Of a stretch of 64,000 nucleotides of DNA, positions 23,883 to 37,946 are shown in pieces. The notes beneath the pieces were generated by a model that made no database searches, was not told the origin of the DNA, and was given only the letters and a program-made list of their open reading frames with translations. The DNA is from Eledone cirrhosa. Its lineage: Eukaryota. The first letter of the stretch is position 1. Each line of letters starts with the position of its first letter. The stretch spans positions 182,528,001-182,592,000 of the forward strand of contig OZ024743.1 in NCBI GenBank assembly GCA_964016885.1. The letters run 5' to 3'. Position numbers and translations under genes: made by a program.

Positions 23883-25590
23883 ATATATATAACTGCAATC
23901 ATCATTTCATTTCCATACATCCACTTTCTATGCCAACAGTACAAGGTTAAACATATGCGAGAACCAGACTTTGCTTTTATGTTTCATATTTGACATGGTT
24001 CCTATGGCTGGATGCCTTACCTAATGCCAACCACTTTACAGTGTACTGGATGCATTTTATTATGGCACCAGCACTAGAGAGGTTGCCATGTACTCAACAA
24101 GACTGAAGTATCCTCTCTACCCTATATTGTCAACTATCTTACTAGAAGTTCTCAATTCCCTAATAAGAACAAAAGATCCTCTCTACTGTACTTACTCTTG
24201 GTTTAATAGACCAAAACACTACATAGGTTACTGAGTATATTCCATTGTAAGCCAAACACTAAAGAGATTGTATCATCCACTGCAGGTTTAAAAAGGACCT
24301 CTCCCATTCCATGCAGTTTCAAATCTCACCACATTTAGTTTCATGTTGTTAGTAATAGTGGGAGGATCTTATGTCGTTTCCTTCATAAGATTTAGTTTCT
24401 TGAGGATTTCTTCACAATTTCCTCACATCATCTTTGATCTCTCTTTTCCACAAGTTTCGTTTACTTCAATCATTCTGCACATTTTTATACATACCAGCAC
24501 AATATATTTCATTCCTCTTATACTCAGTTTTTTAATCAGTACACTTATGCACCATTGTTCAGACACATCCAACAGAACAGGTATGTTTTATTTCTCTTTT
24601 AATCATAGGAAATCTTCTGCACTCCTAGCCCACGTCACCCTGCCATGTAGCCATGTAGCATAATAATTTGTCCTTAGCCATGTATATGACCAAAATTGTT
24701 TTTTTAACAAGTATACACTTCACAAACTCTTCCATCCTCTAACTTCTTTACAACTTCCAATTCCTGCTTCACAGATTAAATTATTACATTCCCCTGAAGC
24801 CATGAAGTAAAATATCAACAAAGATTTCCCAGTAACACAAGTTGTATTATGTATGCTGGTTACTATGCAATGTGCTACCATGTTAAATCTATTAGTTTAA
24901 TATTAGTATCATTTAAAAATAAATATACAAACTTTAGGCTACTTCAACCTAACCAATGTTTTTATTTTTCCCCTCTGAGTGTATGTTATTAGATTTGAAA
25001 CAAATCACAGTCAGATTGTCAAAATACAGCAAGAACAGAATTATTACAAATTAGTTTCAGTTTTGTGGAATTTATGCATTCAAATTGTTATAGTGGAGTA
25101 TGAAAGCAAATAAAATTTTTGTAAATTGAATCTAAATAGAAAAAAAGCCAGGAGTGGAGAATTAGAATAGCATTGAAATTAAGAAGCTCATTAAGTAAAG
25201 GTGGAGAATGATAGAAAGAGTGTATTTCTTAGAGGGTGGTGTAATATAGTAATAGATTAGGTCTGACCAAATGTCACCTTCATGGTTCATATAATATACA
25301 TGTGTGTGTATTTATAAAATGCGCACGCGCGCACACACACATCTATGGTAGATAAATAGATAGGTAGAACAAAGACGTGGATATTTGTTTGATAATGGTT
25401 AAAGAAAATGAGGAAAAATTATTGTAATTAATTTTAATGAATGCAAAATGAATTACAGTGGAGATCGGAGTAATGAGGCGAAGAAAGTAAAAGAAAAGAT
25501 TCCAGAGGAGTCTTCACATAGAATGTAAAACTCAAGAAAGTATTCAATATCTTTTTACGATAAACTCCATTTTTAATGGTACCATGTTAA

Positions 25591-25653
<63 letters not shown>

Positions 25654-25736
25654 CATACACAAACACACACGTATGCACAAACATGCACACATACATAATA
25701 CATATACACATATGTATGTCCACATATACACATTTC

Positions 25737-26043
25737 TAAAACCCCTTTAGTCATGAATGCCCAAGGAATTTGCACCTAGAAAGTTCCCCCTCCAAGGCAC
25801 AAGTTGGGGCAAGGTTGTTTGGGGAAAACCAGCCTCCCCTCTCCATACCACCAATGTTGTTTAAGGCAATAGCTGATACAGCTTGGCACCAGTGACATCA
25901 CAACTCATTTCTACAGCTGAGTAAACTGGAGCAACGTGAAATAAAGTGTCTTGCTCAAGGACAACGTACCACCTGGTCCAAGAGTCAACTCACTAACACC
26001 CGATTGCAAGCCCAATTCTCCATCCGCTAAGCCATGTGCCTTC
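25737..26043 (-). mobile_element. SINE family D: family-A-like head/CORE with a different tail (second copy ~53408-54000, interrupted by the LTR)
   Basis: Shares caactcatttctacagctgagtaaactggagcaacgtgaaataaagtgtcttgctcaagg with family A; distinct tail gcacctagaaagttcccc... Confidence 0.75.
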
Positions 26044-26604
26044 ACACATACATACATACACATATGAATACATACATACACATATGTATGTATGTGTGTA
26101 TGCATACACACATGAATACATATATATATGTATACAGACATACAGCTATATTTATAACATAAAAGGAAGTGTCATTCAACAAAAATAAAACATTACAGCA
26201 ATGTCAGATAACCATAGCATTAACATGAAGGAGTGCATTTACTAATTCAGTCTATAAACAAATACTATGAAGGTTATCTCAAGTTTAAAATTATAAATAC
26301 AATACGAGTTTCAACAGAAACAACTTGCTATTAAAATTCATAAGAGATAAAAAGTCACCTATTCCCTGTCATAACTAATCATGCACTTCCAAAGACATTT
26401 GATGGGTCACATTTAGGGTTATGTATAAAACTGTGATAAACAAGCTCATGGGAACAGCTATGTTGTTTTCTCTTTAACGCTATTTCTACCAATCCAGTCA
26501 AAACCAGATTTGGTTCTATAAAACAAAATTATCAATTTTAATCTTCCAACAACTTTATGAGAACTATATGTTAAGCCACTATCTTAGCAATGAGAGAGCG
26601 AGAG

Positions 26605-26651
<47 letters not shown>

Positions 26652-26704
26652 GAGAGGGGGGGGGGGGTAACAGTGAAAACAAAAAGTGAAGTTTAGTTCT
26701 TAAT

Positions 26705-26945
26705 TAGTTCATTGTTTTACAACCATTTCAAAAGATTGATTGATCATGATAAATCAATATGGTGACTAATCAATAATTATGTAACCATCTTCCTCAGAAA
26801 TAATCTTGATTTCTGAAGAAGACAGTGAGATGGATCTAGAGTATTGAGACTAATAATATGGGTTATATAACTACTATTGATTAGTCACTATATTGATTTA
26901 TCATGATCAATCAACCTTCTAAAATGATCATAAAACAATGAACTA
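26705..26945. mobile_element. MITE/foldback with 71-bp TIRs and an internal 14-bp hairpin
   Basis: Arms 26705-26775 and 26875-26945 are reverse-complementary with transition-only mismatches; abuts the terminal TA of the neighbouring MITE. Confidence 0.75.
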
Positions 26946-28367
26946 CTCTCGGCTCTTGAATAATTTTCACCAGCCCCCATTCAATTTTTCTAATCTCTCT
27001 CTGAGGAAATTTTATTTTAAGTGATAGCATTCCTGCAACAATTAATTTTCTTAAAACATTATACATGACAAAGAAAGTACATTACTAGAAATCCCATACA
27101 TTATAAAATAAATACGATGGGTTGGGGTCTCAACATGTAAATTAAACAACTAATTCTGTTTTTTTTTAAATCAATGGAGACAACCTAGAAACCCCAACCC
27201 ACTTATTCCAACACTCACTTATTTGGGATCCAAGAGTAATTAAGCACTAAACTTTGTCTTTGGTTTTCATTGTTCAACACACACACACTATTTACATGTC
27301 AATGCTTCATAAACACAAACTATTCTATAATCATCCTTTAGCAAATCTTTTCATCCATGCTGTTTATTTTTCTTGTTATTGTAATTGTAATTATAAATCT
27401 GCCCCACACTGAAATGCCAGTCATCACACATTTTTTTCAACGCCAGATTCCTGCCCCAGAAGAATGTCCCACCCCTCAGCAAGTGACATGTAGCTTCACT
27501 CCTCCACTCTCATCATTGCTTTTCACTATCCTGGCCAAAGACACAACAAGCACCCTAGTCTTTTATTGTCATAGATAGTAGAATGGCAGCAGAATGAGGA
27601 TGTACAAACAATATGAATCATTAACTACTTAATGAACACAACCACAAGGATATGGTCCGAATGTGGAGGAGCCAAACTCCCACTGTCATTGCCTCCATCT
27701 CTCTCACCCTCCCCATATCTCTGTATGGTGAGCAAATGGGGTCCCACGTGCTGGCCGCCCCACAGCCCCGATGGACAGAATGGAGAAGGCATTTTGCCTG
27801 TTCATTGAACCTCAGTAGAGACTCTTTTGTCATAGACAGTAGAATGAAACTGAGTTGGCCTCTCAACTAGATTGTTAGAATTTAATTTCCCAAAATGTTA
27901 ATCTCAATTTCAAACACAAATAGCTTTTATAATAAGGTTACATTACAAATAGAGGAAATGATTGATAATGACTATATGACTATTAAACTCTTAATTAAAT
28001 GAGAACAAATATGCTTTACAACAGTGTAAAGTTAAAATACAGGTCAATGTTAATATAAAGTGTTACATTATTATTTTAAGTGTTTTTTTTTTAAACATCT
28101 CTTATGTTGTAGATAAAGTTTCTATTTCATATTATAAGGTTACAGGGAACAATCATAGATAATTGCATCAACCCCAATAGATGAGAAATACTAATTTCTC
28201 ATGTCCAGAAGAATATATTTTCAACAGCACAAGATTCAAACCAAATATAAGAGGTATGAAGTTCCATTTATAAGATCAATACTTTATAACTTCTATAAGC
28301 AGGTTTCCTTGTTATATAATGTAGGGTATTTCTTTCAGTCTGTCGTAAATATATATTGGTATGGTAA

Positions 28368-28598
28368 GGTCCCGTAACTCCTGATGGAGTTGTAGGGGCA
28401 CCATACTGACATAGGGCGTTTCAATGTCATTTTAAGCCTGGCAGTGCCTATCTCTCTTCTAAAGAGATGTAGAGGAATAATCGACCCCAGTACTAGACTG
28501 GTACTTTTTGACCTGGGTGGGAGAAAGCAGAGAACCAGAACGAATACTACAAAGCATATTATCTGACATTCTAATGACTGCCAATTTGCCGCCTTAAA
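28368..28598 (-). mobile_element. Older SINE with a family-B-like head and another tail (related copies ~16215-16375, 35277-35570, 49645-49955)
   Basis: Shared cccgtaactcctgatggagttgtaggggcacc...cctggcag..cc.atctctctt and gaccccagtactagactggtac segments. Confidence 0.6.
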
Positions 28599-30594
28599 CA
28601 AATATTATTAAATTAATTCCTAACAGTATAACACAGGCAATAAATGATAAAGATTATTATTATTATTATTATTATTATTATGCAACATAAAACACACGAT
28701 TCTTCATCTGGCTTCCAACATGCACATAACTAAAACCATAGATTCACAGAGAAAATACAAAGCAAGCTTTTTAGAGATAAAAGAAAACTGAACTAAAAGA
28801 AACAGTGATAACAGATAATCAGGGTCACCACAGACAACAGTTGTTATATTATTTTAGCCTATTTTACAACAGATATCCAAGATACACCGAGACAGTAAAA
28901 AGAATTACAATTACAAAACATATGTAAACATCATGTGATTACTGAGAGGGTCCCAAATAGGAGGGAATAGGAGGGGTGTTGGAAAATCAGTAATTTTTCT
29001 AGGCTGTCTTTGTTGATGTTTTAAAAACCAGAATTAGTCATTTAGTTTACATATTGAAACCCCAACCCAACCCAACCTATCTGTTTTATAGCATATGGGA
29101 TTTCTAGTAATGTACTTTTTTGTCATGTATAATGTTTTTTAATATATAAAGAAAATTAATTGTCACAGGAATGTTACCACTTAAAATAAAATTTCACCGG
29201 AGATAGATTAGCAAAATTGTGGGACAGGGGGACTGGAAAATTAATAAGTGGGAAGGAGGAACAAGAGTATAAGGTGGAATTTGAAAATTAAATTGAATTA
29301 GTAACTTTTGCAGTATGTTTGCATCCAGTAACAGTCTAATAATAAGAGGGCATATAAGCCCCTAGAACAGAAAAAAATGGCTTCACATGTGGGAATTGAA
29401 ACCACACTTCATATTTTCAAAAATAAGAGGTGTGTGTTTGACTCCCATACATATTCTCTTGTTAGACTATTTTCTGTAGTCAAACATACGGCAAAAGATA
29501 CTAATCTAATTCAATTTACATATCTTACTATTTTTATAGGTTATCTTGAAAAAGTAATTTGATGTACATGTTAACACACACATACTCTTCCCTACACATG
29601 CACATGTGCATTCTTTCATAAACACACACACTCTTCCCTACATATGCACAAGTTCATTTCTTCATAAACATACATTCTCTCTCTCTTCCCTACACATATA
29701 CAATTGTGTTCCTTCAATACACACACACACATGTAGATGTATGCACTCTTACACCTACACAGATTTCATTGAACAGCCTGACCTCATGTAACGTATATTC
29801 ACAAAATAACAGATTTTATTCAATGTCACAATTTCTTATTTTATCTTATATGAAGGAAAACAAAAACACAAAACTTGGTGTATTTTTTTTAAGTATTCAT
29901 TTTAGATGTGAAAGATATGCATGGTTTTAGTGCATAACAAGCATTAATTTGACATCTTAACACAGAAAGTTGCCAGGTTTTAAGTGTGAATTCTTAATTA
30001 AGCAAGCTGCACATTATTAATATTATTATTGTTATTATTATTATTATTATTATTATTTTATCGACCCCATAAGGATGAAAGGCCAGCTAAACTCGGCAGG
30101 ATTTGAGCGCAGAATATAAAAAGCCATGACCCATTACGTTCTGAGTTCAAATCCCGCCATGGTTAGCTATGCCTTTCATCCTTATGGGCTCAAAATAAAG
30201 CACCAGTTTAGCACTGGGATCGATTTAGCTGGCCACCCCCAAAAAATGTTGGTCTTGTGCCTAAATCAGAAGTGGATTGGCAGTATCGGTAGAGGGTCAG
30301 ACGCCATGCTTTGAAGCATAGAGTTACCTCCCTGTATGATCTGAGTTCAAATCCCGCCGAGGTTAACTTTGCATTTCATCCTTACGGGGTCGATAAAATA
30401 AAGTACCAGTAATGCACTGGTGAATTTGCTGGCCTTGTGCCAAAAGTAGAAACAATTATTTAGGATGGTTATTTGGCAGAATCAATGCAGTATTTAGTTA
30501 CAATTCTTTACATTGAGTTCAAATCCAGCTGAGATCAACTTTGCCTTTTCTCCTGCCAGTGTCAAAATTATGTTCCAGTTAAGTATTGGGGATC

Positions 30595-30775
30595 AGTTTA
30601 ACCAAATCTCCCCACCCACAAAACTGTTAGGTCTAGTTCAGTATAACTCTCCCCTAGCCACAAAACTGCTAGACCTAGTTCAGTTTAACCAAATCTCCCC
30701 TAGCCACAAAACTGCTAGACCTAGTTCAGTATAACTCTCTCCTACCCACAAAACTGCTAGACCTAATGCTAAAAT
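30595..30775. repeat. Tandem array of 4 units derived from a SINE-B-like tail
   Basis: ctcccc..ccacaaaactgctagacctagttcagt repeated. Confidence 0.75.
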
Positions 30776-30884
30776 TAGAAATCATTAATAGAAATCCTAT
30801 GTGACTCACCAGCAAAGTTTTTCAGCTATCTTTAGACTATGAGCTCCACTGAGCTCTTATACACACCATATTGAAAATCTTAGA

Positions 30885-32190
30885 ATAATATAATAATAAT
30901 AATAATAATGAAATTATTGTGTAAAGTGCTCAGGTGCACTACAACTCGTCAAAGGTGCATGTATAGTACATAGAATAATATACAAATGTCAGGGAAGTGA
31001 ATAGTGTATGAGTCATGATATACATGTGTGTATGTGTGTGGAAGGGAACATTAGGTGTAGTGTTGGCGAATCTCGGGAAGCATGGAGGTTTTAAAGGATG
31101 TAGTGTCTCGACAGCTAACAACTGATGCAGGTAGTTTGTTCCATGCTTCAGCAACTCTGAGCGTGAAAAAATGTTTCTGAAAGTCATGGGAGCTGTGCTG
31201 TTTTCTGAATTTGTGGACATGTCCAAGTGTGTCAGACACATGGAAATCAAAAAGGTACTCAGGGTTGTTGTTGGCAAGATGGTTAATAATTTTGTGGGTG
31301 TTTATCAAGTCAGCTGCCCGGTGTCGGAGCTTCAATGTATCCATGCCCAGGGAAGCAAGGCGTTCAGAGTATGGTAGATGCCTGATGGAGGGTATTCGCT
31401 TGGTTGCACGTCTCTGAACAGTTTACAGGAAGTCAATGTTCTGAGCAAGATAAGGGTTCCAGGCTGGTAATGCAAATTCTAAGTGTGGCCGCACCATAGC
31501 CATGGATAGCTGGAGAGTGGCTGACAAAGGTCTTGCTGAGTGATGCTAAGACACCCTCGGCCCTCTTGACAATTTTATAGACGTGCTTCGTCCAACACAA
31601 ATCGCTGCTGACCATAATGCCCAGGTCACATTCACAAGAAGACTTCTTGATATTAGTGCTGTGGAGGGAGTATGTGGACGCTGGTTTTTACTCCCAAAAT
31701 GAATGGTGGTGCACTTGTCAACAGCTAGCTTGAGTTGCCAGTCTGTGATCCATTGTTACATTGTGTCCAGGTCTGATTGCAGGAAAGATCTATAGTGTTC
31801 AGGATCTGTCCTTTTTATCTCAAGGTACAGCTTGATGTCATCTACGTATTTCAGTACTGTGGCATTCTTTAAGTTGGCATCTATGTCATTAATATATGCC
31901 ACAAACAAAAAGGGGCCAAGAACAGATCCCTGTGGTACACCAGATGACATCTCATATGGTGAGGAATGCTGTCCCAGAACCGTGACTACCTCTCTTCGAC
32001 TGAGAATGAAGGACTTCAACCAGTTAAAAAGATCATCCTTCACACCCATTGCAGAGAGTTTTGCCATAAGCCTTTTGTGTGGCACAGAATTGAAAGATTT
32101 CGCAAAGTCAAGGTAAACAATATCCACCCATGAGCCGCCACCAGTGATCCGGGTGATGTCTTCAAGAAACTCGATAAGTTTCCCTCTGCA
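30885..32190 (-). mobile_element. CR1-clade LINE, 5'-truncated and degenerate, (ATT)n tail
   Basis: VDIVYLDFAKSFNSVPH, SGVPQGSVLGPFLF, YVDDIKLY, LQSDLD and C-terminal FFTLRVAEAWNKLP; contains stops and frameshifts. Confidence 0.9.
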
Positions 32191-33695
32191 GTACAAACAA
32201 TTTTTTTTGCTCTAATTATCAGATTTATAATTCCTGTACAGTTTTACATAATCATATAAAATCAAAAACTAAAAATCTTTTTCAAAATTAAATCCTCCTC
32301 CTCTTAAGCTATATTATGTTTCCCTTCACCATCAGTACCTAAGTTAAGAAGCACTGTTGGATATGGTTGACTTGCAGTTGGAACTAATGCAGAATATGGC
32401 GCCAACTATTTATATTATTGATAAGTAAGAAAAACACTAAAATATTCCAACTATTGCCATATTTATAAACATTTATTTACATTGGGATCTTAACCATGGG
32501 AAGGCATTCTTACAGTTTTTAAACTTTACTCAAGGGTGCCTTAACCATGGGAAGGCATTCTTACTGTCTTTAAACTTTACCCAAGGGTGTTGTAACTTAT
32601 CTTGTGTGAGAAGTGCCATGATTTTACAGAAGTGGATCATGAGTGATGGATGTGAAGCAGCAAGGAAGATCAAATATGAATTATAGAGGATGATGCGAAG
32701 AGAAATGGAATGTGATGGTTGGGTCATCTGTTGGAGAAGGATGAAAGTGATTTGGTGAAAGGTGGGATGGAAGTGAATGTGGAAGAAAGTAGGGGAAGGG
32801 GAAAACAAAGAAGGGCAAAGCTGAGAATGATAGAAGGTGCAGATGATAGGGCAAAGTGGAAAAGTTTGTCATAAGGACTGCAAGGTTAACCCCTACTTTA
32901 GCAGAGAGAGCCTTAAAATACTTGTGCTAAAGCTTCCCAACCAAAAGTAGTTTATTTCCATCCCAGGACTTATTGCAAGCAATAGTCTCTTTAGAAAGTT
33001 CCTCTTAATTTCTTACACAAAGCTGATCTTAAATAAGACAATACACATATGTTCATTTATAAAAGAGATTTTTAACTGGAACAAGTTTTGTAAAAACAGC
33101 AGACAAATGATCAAGTCGTTGGATGAACGGCAAAACTTCAATTTCAGCAACATTTGAACTCAGAACTACTACCAAACTAAATACAGTAAAGTATTCTACA
33201 TTTTGGGGCTGTTGACAATATTTTATTTCAAATATCATGCTTACATTGAAATATTTAGAATTTTGTCCAAGAAAGTTATTCATTTTCAAACTAACAATGA
33301 TTTTACATAGTAACCAGAATTGATAAATATAAATTAGTAAGAAATTGTAATTAAAATATTTTATAAATATTACTTTTTCTAAGTATCCTGCTGTTTGACA
33401 TTTTAAAAATAATCCTACCAATTGACATTTTAACAAAATCTCCAATGACAAATTATATGATGAGAGATATGTAAAGTTCATTCTGCTTGGCTCAGGACAG
33501 ATATAAAGTTGACATTATTAATAGATTTTAGATTAATACAAAACAATTTAATAACAGATTACAAAACAAATAAGAAAATATCACATCATACGTGGAAAAA
33601 GTCTTAAAACATTCTAACAAATAGTAAATTCACTACAATAGTTTCCACTGTTTAATATATTTTACTGATAGACTATAACTTCTATTTTCTTTTAA

Positions 33696-33857
33696 CCCTA
33701 TAGCATAATTATTTCACATATTGAATCTATGAGATTTTGATGTTATTTATTTTGAGAATAATATCTTAACATCAGTATGAGCGGCCAGTTACAGCTGGTT
33801 TGAACAGAAAGAGGTGAGATAATTCTAGCCGGATACGGCCGTTTAAATGCTAAAGGG
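33696..33857. mobile_element. piggyBac-derived MITE (same family as 13305-13506)
   Basis: TTAA flanks, CCCTATAGC/GCTAAAGGG ends, shared internal atgagattttgat...gagaa. Confidence 0.78.
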
Positions 33858-36809
33858 TTAAATCATTTACATTATGAACACCTCCAAGATCATTCATGCT
33901 ACCAAATTAAATTCTATCTACCAATAGGTCACACTACTTGCACAGATCCCCTTGATTCTCTGTCACCATCCTATTTTATTGTTCATCATATTTGGCAGGT
34001 CAGAGAGATTGCAGTTTATGTTGTCATAAATCTACTTGATATAGGTCTTAGCTTGTCATCCTCTGCTAGCTCTTCCTTGTGTAGATACCCACAAAGGAGA
34101 GATTGCAGTTTATGTCATCACAAATCTACTTGATATAGTTCTTGACTTGTCCTCTTCTACTATTTTTTTCCTTGTGTAGACACTCACAAAAAATCTTCAT
34201 TAAATTCTATAGAAGCTTTAAGTGAAAATTATTGTACTCTAAAATTTACAACTAGTAAGGTAAAAGCAAATTAAATATTTTAAATACACAGCCAAAATCT
34301 TAATTATTCTAAAAACTAATTAACTCTTAACATCTTGTACTGCATTAGCAGTATTCTTGAAAAATACAAAACAGTATTATAACTGCATCACATGAAAAAT
34401 TAAATCTTTAGTTTATTGCAATTTTCAATACAATGATCTGTCCACTAGTAAAAAAAATAAAATACTATAAACAAAACTTTTTTTTAGATGTCTGCTAAAT
34501 CAATATAGGATGTTAAAAATTTATAGTTTGTTAGAAGGAAAACAGTCAACATAAAGTTAAAGAGTAACTTGACGATATGCCCATCTATTATATGTAGTTT
34601 ATTTTAAATTTTATAAAAACAAGTCTAATTAAATAGGACCTAAAATCTTTTCATTAACTATTGGAATTATTTAAAATTGAAAAGAATAGTTTGCAAATAT
34701 ACATCAAATTGATGAAAGCTCAGCAATCCTTAATATTGATAGATTTTAGCAAATAATCAGGAAAATGTTTAAAAGGAAAATAATCAAATTAAAAAAATTA
34801 ACACAGTATTTAAAACATTGCTTCTAAAACATTTAAACATTTTAAATACCACTTCTCACAATAATAATTCCTAACACAGGCACAAGACCAGAAATTTAGG
34901 AGTATGGTATAGTGTTGGTACAATGATAAAATACACCCAGTTCACTCTGTAAAGTGGTAGTGATGAAAAAACACCCCCAGTACATTATGTAAGGCATCTA
35001 GCCATGGAAGGTAATGAGCAAGATGAGTTGCTTGGATCCTCATAGTTCTCATACAATGACAGCCCATTGAACCTATCCCAGCATGAAAAGCAGACATAAA
35101 ATGATGATGTAGTCAAGTATATTAATCTTTATAATTGACTGAGACTTGTTTTATCAGCTGTGAAATAATAAAATAAAAGGCAAAAACTGATCAAGGCAGG
35201 ATTTGAACACGAAATACAAAGGAATTTAATGCAACTCTGATTCAGCCACTTCACTACCCATCACCTTCACTTTTTAGTCCCATAACTCCTGATGAAGTCA
35301 TAGGGGCACCATAGTGACATACAGCATTTCTTTTAAGCCTGGTAGAGCCCATCTCTCTCTTCAGGTCTGAACGCAATAGATTTCTTCCAGAGAAGGTTAG
35401 AAAATGAGGAAATGGAAGTGAGAAAGAATCGACCCTAGTATTAGACTGGTAGACTGGGTTTTTTAATTTTTATTAACCTCAAAGACATGGTTGACCTCGT
35501 CAGGATTTGAATTCAGAGAGCCAAAATGAATACTACAAAGTATTTTATCTGATGTTCTAACAACTCTACTTGATAATGGACATTGCTTTCACTGTCCATT
35601 ATCAATATGTAAAGTTTAACTAAAATAGAACATTCCAGCAATAATTCTATTTATAAAATAACCAATACTCCATTAATTGTGAAACTTTTCTCAGCAAAAT
35701 ATACAGAGACATTTCACAACTCAAAGTAGTAGTTTACATGGTTATTCAACCTGCTAGAAATAACAGCAAAATTTCCCTCAAATAACACTAACTTCTAAAA
35801 AGGGGAAGGCTAAATTGAACTTAGTCGATATGATATATCTAAATTGAACAACTTAGATGATATACCAAATGATAAGTTCGTGACGAAACTATAGCTCTGA
35901 CCATGTAATTAATATCTGTATTAACTCTTAACATCCTACAATTGATTATTTTCAAACTTATTTAAACAATAAATAGTCAGTGTCCTTCAATAAAAAATAT
36001 GGTAACTAGAAAGGGTTAAATTTCATCTTTTTAAATAATTACTACTTATTGTTGAGGCTGTGTTTCTTTTTCTTTTTTTTTATCAACGACAACCTCCAGG
36101 AAAATAATCTGTAATGGGTATAAATATGTCTATCACAATCTCTCTCCTTGACCTATTTCATCAGCTACTATCTTTACATAGTCATTTCTTACTAACGTAA
36201 TCTGAAATCAAATCAACATTAATACAATCAATAACACTCAGTCCTCTCGCATATTCTATCTTAATTCTTTCATTTAGTAAATATACTTAAAAAACAAGCT
36301 TATTTCTGAAGCATTCAACCAAATAAAAACTTGAAATATTTTATTCTTTTACTTGTTTCCACGAGTAGCCTGCGGCCATGCTGGGGCACTGCCTTAATTT
36401 AGTTCATCATATTGATCCCAGTACATATTTTATTGATGTCCTTTTAATTAATCCAATTCCTAAGGAGTGACTGATCTCCAAACTATGCACTATCGAGTAA
36501 TGTCACTCCAAAGACCTTTCAGAGGAACCCCATTTCAGCCACTTGTATTTGCTATCATATTCTTTCAATTATTAAACACGCATACAATGGATTTTCAGGT
36601 TTGAGTTTCTGATTACTGAATTCCACTCATAAAGCATTGATGAACCAGAAGCCACAGTAGAGGACATTTGACCAAAGTACTGCACAGTAGGGTCACGCCT
36701 GGAAACATGGTTGTGAAATGAACTTCTTAACTACATGTTTAGGCCTACCTTGAAAGCTCTGTCAAAAGTGGTGACATGAACTTAACCACATAGCTAAGCC
36801 TACCTCAGA

Positions 36810-37376
36810 AGCTCTATCAACAGAAGTAGAGACATGGCAATGAAATTAACAGCAGAATAAGCAAGACTTGGTTGCCTTTAAGCAACTCAAGATCTGAAGA
36901 AGCAAAAAACTTTTGCTTGGTACCAAGATGAGATTTACAACAGCAATGTGCTTTCAATGCTCCTGTATGGGTGTGAAACGTGGAATGTGAAGACCAGCCA
37001 AGAGAACCCATTAATGTCTTTGACACTAAATGACTAAGGAAAATCCTTAGCATCAAGTGGGTGACTTCATTAACAGAGAAGTCTATCAATAAATCCACCA
37101 ACGTGTGTCTGACATTATATACAAATGTCAACTTGGCTGGTTGGGTTATGTCCCAAGTGGAAAAAATGCTGATTAATTCTTGTATTGGTACCCCCATGGA
37201 AAGAAGCAAAGAGAACTTCCCAAGATGAACTGGCGGCAGCTGTTAAACGTTGAAACGATATATTGATAGATGTAACTGACTGTGGTCATTAGAGCACTTT
37301 GGCTGCCTCATGTGTCTCAAGACATGGGATCTGCCTTATGCATCACATGACACAGAAGCTTCTAAGTAAGTAAGTA
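36810..37376 (+). mobile_element. Degenerate RTE-type LINE 3' fragment with a (TAAG)n tail (related piece ~40590-40840)
   Basis: Remnant INSRISK, LLYGCETW, LRKILSIKW motifs. Confidence 0.6.
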
Positions 37377-37800
37377 GGGCTATACTGATTTAAGAGTCAT
37401 GTGTTTTAGTTATAGATACAACACAGTATCATTGATTTCACATGGAAAACTATCAACATCCTCTCAACCTCAAAAATATAAATTAAAAACAATTTACAAA
37501 CAAGTTTATCAGTTTACATCCACTTTCCATGCTGACATTGGTTAGATGAATCCTTAAGACTTTTTTGGAGGTGGGGGTGTTACTGCCCTCCTAAACATGT
37601 CAGGAACCAAATAAGGTCTCATAAGTGAATAATTTCTTTTAAACTAAAACATTAAAGAGAAATCACTTGCCACAATTCCCATGTAAAAAGTAAACATAAA
37701 AACACTAATAGCCATATTGGTCTCTTTTTTTCACAAATATTAGAGAAAACAAAATAAGATGGAAACAATTGAACAATGATACTCCAAGAGAGGAACTTAC

Positions 37801-37946
37801 CTCCATGTTTTTGTTATGACATCTCTACAACCTATATAGGATGCATGTTGGTCTTGAAGTCGTGATCGGACAACTTGGTATGGATATGTAGCTGCAGCAG
37901 CAATCATCTTTGATATCGCCGCAAATACTATATATTCCAGTGAACT
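37801..37946 (-). CDS. SLC25A32: SLC25A32-like coding exon: [48 protein letters not shown](R)
   Basis: ttgtag/GTAAGT; 146 nt; diagnostic [16 protein letters not shown] motif of SLC25A32. Confidence 0.96.

Noticed and set aside
25495-25550. CAGAGGA plus stem, next to a TA tract, as a third hammerhead relic
   Set aside because: Too many core mismatches to distinguish from chance
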